DNA from: Actinomycetota bacterium
GTDB taxonomy: Bacteria; Actinomycetota; Acidimicrobiia; Acidimicrobiales; VFJN01
Direction: 5' to 3'
NCBI GenBank assembly: GCA_046730015.1
Contig: JBKPHT010000012.1
Location: forward strand, 1 to 44,039
Length of the DNA: 44,039 nt
Made by a program: the position numbers and the translations under genes. The notes beneath the pieces are model-generated. The model worked only from the letters and a program-made list of their open reading frames with translations. It did not search any database and was not told where the DNA came from. Shown here piece by piece: positions 39,685-44,039 of the stretch. The first letter of the stretch is position 1; each line of letters starts with the position of its first letter.

Positions 39685-41393
39685 CGACCTCGGTGGACCC
39701 GCCGGCGGCACCCGCCCCGCCGCCGGCGACGGGGCAGTTCGACCGCGACGACCCACCCGTCCTCGGCGCCAACCCCTTCGTCGGCCTGACGCGCCGCCAG
39801 GTCGGCGCTGCGCTCGGCCGGCTGCTCGGCCGGGTGGCGGTCGAGCCGGGCGTCCTGGTCGACGGCGCGGTCGACGCGGGCCGCCAGCTGGTCGACGTGG
39901 CCAGAGGGCGGAGCGACCTCGCCCCGGTGCCGTCGGACAAGCGGTTCACCGACCGGGCCTGGGTCGACAACCCCGTCTACCGGCGCGTCCTGCAGGCGTA
40001 CCTCGTCGAGCGCGACGCGCTGTTCCGGCTGATCGACGACGTCGGCCTGGACGACAAGAGCCGCGAGCGGGCGCACTTCGCGGTGTCGCTGGTCACCGAG
40101 GCGGTGGCCCCGACCAACACGCTGGTCGGCAACCCCGGGGCGCTGGCCAAGGCGTGGCAGACGCGGGGCCAGAGCCTCGTGGCCGGGCTGCGGCACCTGC
40201 GCCACGACCTCCGGCACAACGGCGGCATGCCGTCGATGGTCGACACCCGGCCGTTCACCGTCGGCGGGAACCTCGCCGTGACGCCCGGCCAGGTGGTGCA
40301 CCGCGGCGACCTGTTCGAGCTCATCCAGTACACGCCCGCCGCGGCGCGCACCTACACCCGGCCCCTGGTGGTGATCCCGCCGCAGATCAACAAGTACTAC
40401 ATCTCCGACCACGCGCCGGGCCGCAGCTTCGTCGAGCACACGGTCGCCGCCGGCACCCCCTACTTCGCGGTGAGCTGGCGGAACCCGACCCCGGCGCAGC
40501 GGGACTGGGACCTCGCCGCCTACGTGGCGGCCTGCAAGGAGGCCATCGAGATCGCGTGCGACATCAGCGCGACCGACGACGCCAACGTCGCCGGCATGTG
40601 CGCCGGCGGCATCACGCTCGCCTGCCTGCTCGGGCACCTGGCGGCCACCGACGAGGCGCTGGTCAACTCGGCCACCTTCATGGTCGCCGGGCTCGACACC
40701 GCCGCCGAGTCCACCGTCGGGCTGCTCACCTCGAAGGCGTCGATCGAGGCCGCGCGGGCCCACTCGCAGCGCCGGGGCGTCCTCGACGGCCGCAACCTCG
40801 GGCGCATGTTCGCCTGGCTGCGGCCCAACGACCTCGTCTGGAACTACTGGGTCAACAACTACCTGCTCGGCCAGAACCCGCCCGCGTTCGACATCCTCTT
40901 CTGGAACGCCGACACGACCAACCTCCCGGCGGGCCTGCACTCGGACTTCCTCGACCTGCTCGGTTCGGCGGGCCTGGCCGAGCCCGGCGCCGTCGAGGTG
41001 CTGGGCACGCCGATCGACCTGGGCAAGGTGCGCTGCGACGCGTTCGTGGTGGCCGGGGCGACCGACCACATCATCCCGTGGACCGGCGCCTACCGGACCA
41101 CCCAGATGCTCGGCGGCGACAGCGAGTTCGTCCTGGGGTCGAGCGGGCACATCCAGGCCATCGTGAACCCGCCCGGCAACCCGAGGTCGCGGTTCCTGAC
41201 CCGCCCCGGCCCGCCGCCGCCCAACCCCCACGAGTGGCGGGCCGGGGCAACCACCAACGATGGCAGCTGGTGGGACCACTGGCTGCGCTGGCTCGGCGAG
41301 CGCTCGGGAAGCGAGCGGCGGGCCCCGACCCGGCTCGGGAACCGCCGCCACCCGCCGATCGAGCCCGCGCCCGGCCGGTACGTCCACCTGTGA
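39681..41393 (+). CDS. phaC: Polyhydroxyalkanoate synthase (single-subunit, class II-like)
   Basis: F.D.AW..NP, NLAVTPG.VV, ELIQY.P, PPQINKYY, SWRNP, catalytic GMCAGG, WLRPNDLVWNYWVNNYLLG, DHI.PW, SGHI, GSWW, APG.YV. Confidence 0.95.
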
Positions 41394-42226
41394 CTCGCCG
41401 GACCCCCAGCGCGGACCGGCTGCTCACGTTCGTCGAGGTCGACGGCCGCCTGCTGCGGGTGTCGGTCCGCGGCGAGGGGCGGCCCCTGCTGCTGGTCATG
41501 GGCCTCGGCGGGAACATCGAGATGTGGGGCCCGCTCGAGCGGGCGCTCAACGCCCACGGCATCCAGACGATCGCCTACGACGCGTCGGGGACCGGGCACT
41601 CGCCGACCCGCCTCGTCCCCCAGCGCATGCCCGGGCTGGCCCGCCAGGCCGCGCACCTGCTGGACGCGCTCGGCCACCCGCACGCCGACGTGCTGGGCGT
41701 GTCCTTCGGGGGAGCGGTGGCCCAGGAGCTGGCGCTCGGCAACCCGCATCGCGTGCGCCGGCTGGTGCTCGCCTCGACCGCCTGCGGGCTGGGGGGCGTG
41801 CCCGGCAACCCGCTCGCCGTGTCGATCCTCGCCACGCCCCTGCGGTACTACTCCCCCGCGTTCCTGCGGCTGACGGCCGGAGTCCTCTACGGCCCGACGG
41901 TCACCCCCCGGGACGACCTGCTGCGCGAGCAGATCAACGCCCGTCGGGCCCGGCCGCCCACCCTCTGGGGATACGCCAGCCAGCTCATCGCTGGCGCGGC
42001 GTGGACGAGCCGGCCGTGGCTCGGCCGCATCGGCGCGCCCACGCTCGTGCTCGCCGGCGACCGCGACCCCATCGTGCCGCCCCGCAACGCCCGCATCCTT
42101 GCCCGCCGGATCCCGTCCGCCCAGCTCGAGCTGGTCCCCGGCGCCGGCCACCTGCTCGTGCTCGACCGGGCCGAGCACTGCGCCGCCGTCATCGCCGAGT
42201 TCCTGGCGCGGGAGCCCGCCGCGTAG
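41390..42226 (+). CDS. phaZ: PHA depolymerase-like alpha/beta hydrolase
   Basis: GLGGNIE, lipase box GVSFGG, TPLRY, W.S.PWL..I..PTLVLAGD.DPIVP..N, GHL; GTGA overlap with phaC. Confidence 0.85.
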   Translation: MTRRTPSADRLLTFVEVDGRLLRVSVRGEGRPLLLVMGLGGNIEMWGPLERALNAHGIQTIAYDASGTGHSPTRLVPQRMPGLARQAAHLLDALGHPHADVLGVSFGGAVAQELALGNPHRVRRLVLASTACGLGGVPGNPLAVSILATPLRYYSPAFLRLTAGVLYGPTVTPRDDLLREQINARRARPPTLWGYASQLIAGAAWTSRPWLGRIGAPTLVLAGDRDPIVPPRNARILARRIPSAQLELVPGAGHLLVLDRAEHCAAVIAEFLAREPAA

Positions 42227-42244
42227 GCGGTCGCACCGCGGCGC

Positions 42245-42628
42245 TCAGGCGCCGTGCATCACGGCGAGGTGCCGGAGCGGCCCGGGGATCGGGACGGTGG
42301 GGAGCTGGTCCTCGGGCCGGGGCAGCTTGGGGGGCCTGCCGCGGGCACGCTTGACCGTGAGGATCCTCCCGTGGTGGAACAGCTGACCGCCCCACACGCC
42401 CCATGGTTCACGGCGCAGGAGGGCGCCCTCGAGGCATGGCGCCATCACCGGGCAGGTGGCGCACACCAGCTTGGCCCGGGCGATGTCGCGCGGCCGTTGG
42501 CTGAAGAACGCGCCGGCGACGTCGCCGCCGACCTCGCGGCAGCGAGCGTGCGCCCACCAGCCCTCCCCGCGTTCCACGAGCCGGCGGGTCAGGCCGTTGG
42601 CGACCCCGGCCGCGCTCACACCAGGCAT
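42245..42628 (-). CDS. WhiB-family Fe-S regulator, WhiB7/WblC-like with AT-hook
   Basis: C...CATCPV...C, EPWGVWGG, C-terminal KRARGRPPK; SD GGAGG. Confidence 0.9.
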   Translation of the reverse strand: MPGVSAAGVANGLTRRLVERGEGWWAHARCREVGGDVAGAFFSQRPRDIARAKLVCATCPVMAPCLEGALLRREPWGVWGGQLFHHGRILTVKRARGRPPKLPRPEDQLPTVPIPGPLRHLAVMHGA

Positions 42629-42786
42629 CACGCCTCCGGCCGGACCGTCACGCGGCCGCGCTGGTCGATCATTACAACCATGTGCGACGCCTCGTCCACC
42701 AGCACCACGGCGTGGTCGACCGTCCGGGACGCATACATGGCGTCCTCCAGAAGACTCACGGTGAGTCCATAGACATGCGTGCTCAT
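42628..42786 (-). CDS. 52-aa small ORF translationally coupled to the whiB gene (not in the ORF track)
   Basis: MSTHVYGLTVSLLEDAMYASRTVDHAVVLVDEASHMVVMIDQRGRVTVRPEA*; SD GGGAGG upstream; TGATG stop/start overlap. Confidence 0.6.
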   Translation of the reverse strand: MSTHVYGLTVSLLEDAMYASRTVDHAVVLVDEASHMVVMIDQRGRVTVRPEA

Positions 42787-42965
42787 GGCCGGCCTCCCGA
42801 CTCTCGTACCGTCCTCTATGACGACCGTACGGACCGGATGTGACCGGTAACGTCCGGGGTTTCCCTGATTTCGTCCCCGAAAACCGCCGAACGAGGCCCG
42901 GACCGGACGAGCAAACCTCAGCGACGCCAGGCGGCGGCGGCCGGGCGCGGCGGTACGGTGCGGCG

Positions 42966-43925
42966 ATGGCCGATCCCGTCGCCGCCCGACGCCGCCGCCT
43001 GGCGGAGGAGCTGGAGGAGAGCGGGCTGCGCCACGCCGGCCCGGAGGCCGTCCACGAGATGCTGGTCGAGGAGGTCGATGGTGCGCTCCGGCCGCCCGTC
43101 CACGAGCGGCGGGTGGCGAGCGGCGGCACGATCCTGGAGCCCTCCTCCGATCCCGACACGTGGGGGCCGGGGACGCTGCTCGACATCACCCGCAAACCCG
43201 TGCGCGACCAGCCGCTCAGCTCGATCCGCCGGTTCGCCGACGGGCTGTCGAGCTGGGTCCTCCGCCGGGTCGACGGGCCCGACGAGTGGCTGGTGTTCGA
43301 CCGGCCCGCCGGGTCGGAGCGGGACCTCGGCGTGATCGCCAAGGTCCTCGGCGCCACGATCGTGCAGCGGCACCCGGTCGGCGTGGTGCGGGTGGTCGGG
43401 AGCTTCGGGGTGCTGCGCTGGGAGGGCCTCACCTGGCACCACGAGCCGCCGATCGACAGCTGGATCGACGTGGTCACGGCGTGTGCGGTCCACGGCGACC
43501 CCGACGTGCTGGCGTCGCTGCTCGACTTCGCGGTCTTCGACCTCGGCGCGGGCGGCATCGGCGCGCTACTGGTGTACCGGCCGGGCGAGTCCCCCGGCCC
43601 CGCGGTCGAGGAGCGGCTGCCGACACCGCCGCCCCTGCAGGTCCGGCAGCCAACCCACCTCGCGCCGCTCCGTCACGCCCTCGGCCAGGTCGACGGCGCC
43701 GCCGTGTTCGACGCCGGCGGCGTGCTGCGCCAGCTGGGCGTGCAGCTCGTGCCCAGCCGAGAGGCCGAGTCGTCGGTCGACGCGTTCCGCGGGACCCGGC
43801 ACACCTCGGGCCGCCGCTACAGCTACGACGACCCGCGGGCCACGGTCATCGCCGTCAGCGAGGACGGCCCGGTCTCCGTCCTCCGCAAGGGCGCCGTGCT
43901 CGGCCGCTCCGACACGACCGGCTGA
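42966..43925 (+). CDS. Diadenylate cyclase (DisA_N/DAC) domain protein with uncharacterised N-terminal region
   Basis: GIGALLV, VDGAAVF, GTRH.S, IAVSEDG.V; no TM and no HhH domain. Confidence 0.85.
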   Translation: MADPVAARRRRLAEELEESGLRHAGPEAVHEMLVEEVDGALRPPVHERRVASGGTILEPSSDPDTWGPGTLLDITRKPVRDQPLSSIRRFADGLSSWVLRRVDGPDEWLVFDRPAGSERDLGVIAKVLGATIVQRHPVGVVRVVGSFGVLRWEGLTWHHEPPIDSWIDVVTACAVHGDPDVLASLLDFAVFDLGAGGIGALLVYRPGESPGPAVEERLPTPPPLQVRQPTHLAPLRHALGQVDGAAVFDAGGVLRQLGVQLVPSREAESSVDAFRGTRHTSGRRYSYDDPRATVIAVSEDGPVSVLRKGAVLGRSDTTG

Positions 43926-43950
43926 TCGGCAATCGGGACGCATCCTGGTT

Positions 43951-43966
43951 CGACCCCTATCGCCTC
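43951..43966. repeat. Single copy of the REP-like unit seen at 29.9 kb
   Basis: CGACCCCTATCGCCTC is the exact reverse complement of 29926-29941. Confidence 0.7.
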
Positions 43967-44039
43967 ACGGAACGACGTCCGGCGGCGCCGAGGCCGCCGG
44001 GCGGGCCGCGAGCGCCGCCAGGACCGGTGCGGCGCCGAC

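Noticed and set aside
43947-43960. GGTTCGACCCCT as a possible attR or tRNA fragment
   Set aside because: Only GGTTCGA matches the tRNA T-loop; the sequence is explained by the REP-like repeat.

Overview
High-GC actinobacterial DNA; gene content and style suggest Acidimicrobiia, which is an inference. The window has two parts. (1) From about 77 to 25,700 is an accessory island next to tRNA-Lys(CTT). It starts with a truncated tyrosine integrase, carries decayed IS256 and IS481 elements, and encodes a phosphonate-decorated surface polysaccharide system. Phosphonate genes: PEP mutase fused to a nucleotidyltransferase, phosphonopyruvate decarboxylase fused in frame to a D-2-hydroxyacid dehydrogenase (the most unusual gene), AEP transaminase, a second cytidylyltransferase and a TagB/TagF-type phosphotransferase. 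Polysaccharide and tailoring genes: Wzx, Wzy-like and Wzc-like proteins, a priming-transferase/GT4 fusion, two ATP-grasp ligases, a methyltransferase, an NDK-like unknown protein and two paralogous exported glycoside-hydrolase-like proteins. (2) From about 25,700 to 44,039 is core-like DNA: an ArsR/SRPBCC-DUF2461/TfoX operon, an ankyrin gene behind a structured leader, an EamA transporter, a GAF kinase/NarL pair divergent from a Liv-type ABC + acyl-CoA ligase + phaC + phaZ operon, a whiB7-like gene with a coupled upstream small ORF, and a diadenylate-cyclase-domain gene. All assignments come from reading motifs by eye; no database searches were run, and start codons were picked from RBS and overlap logic.
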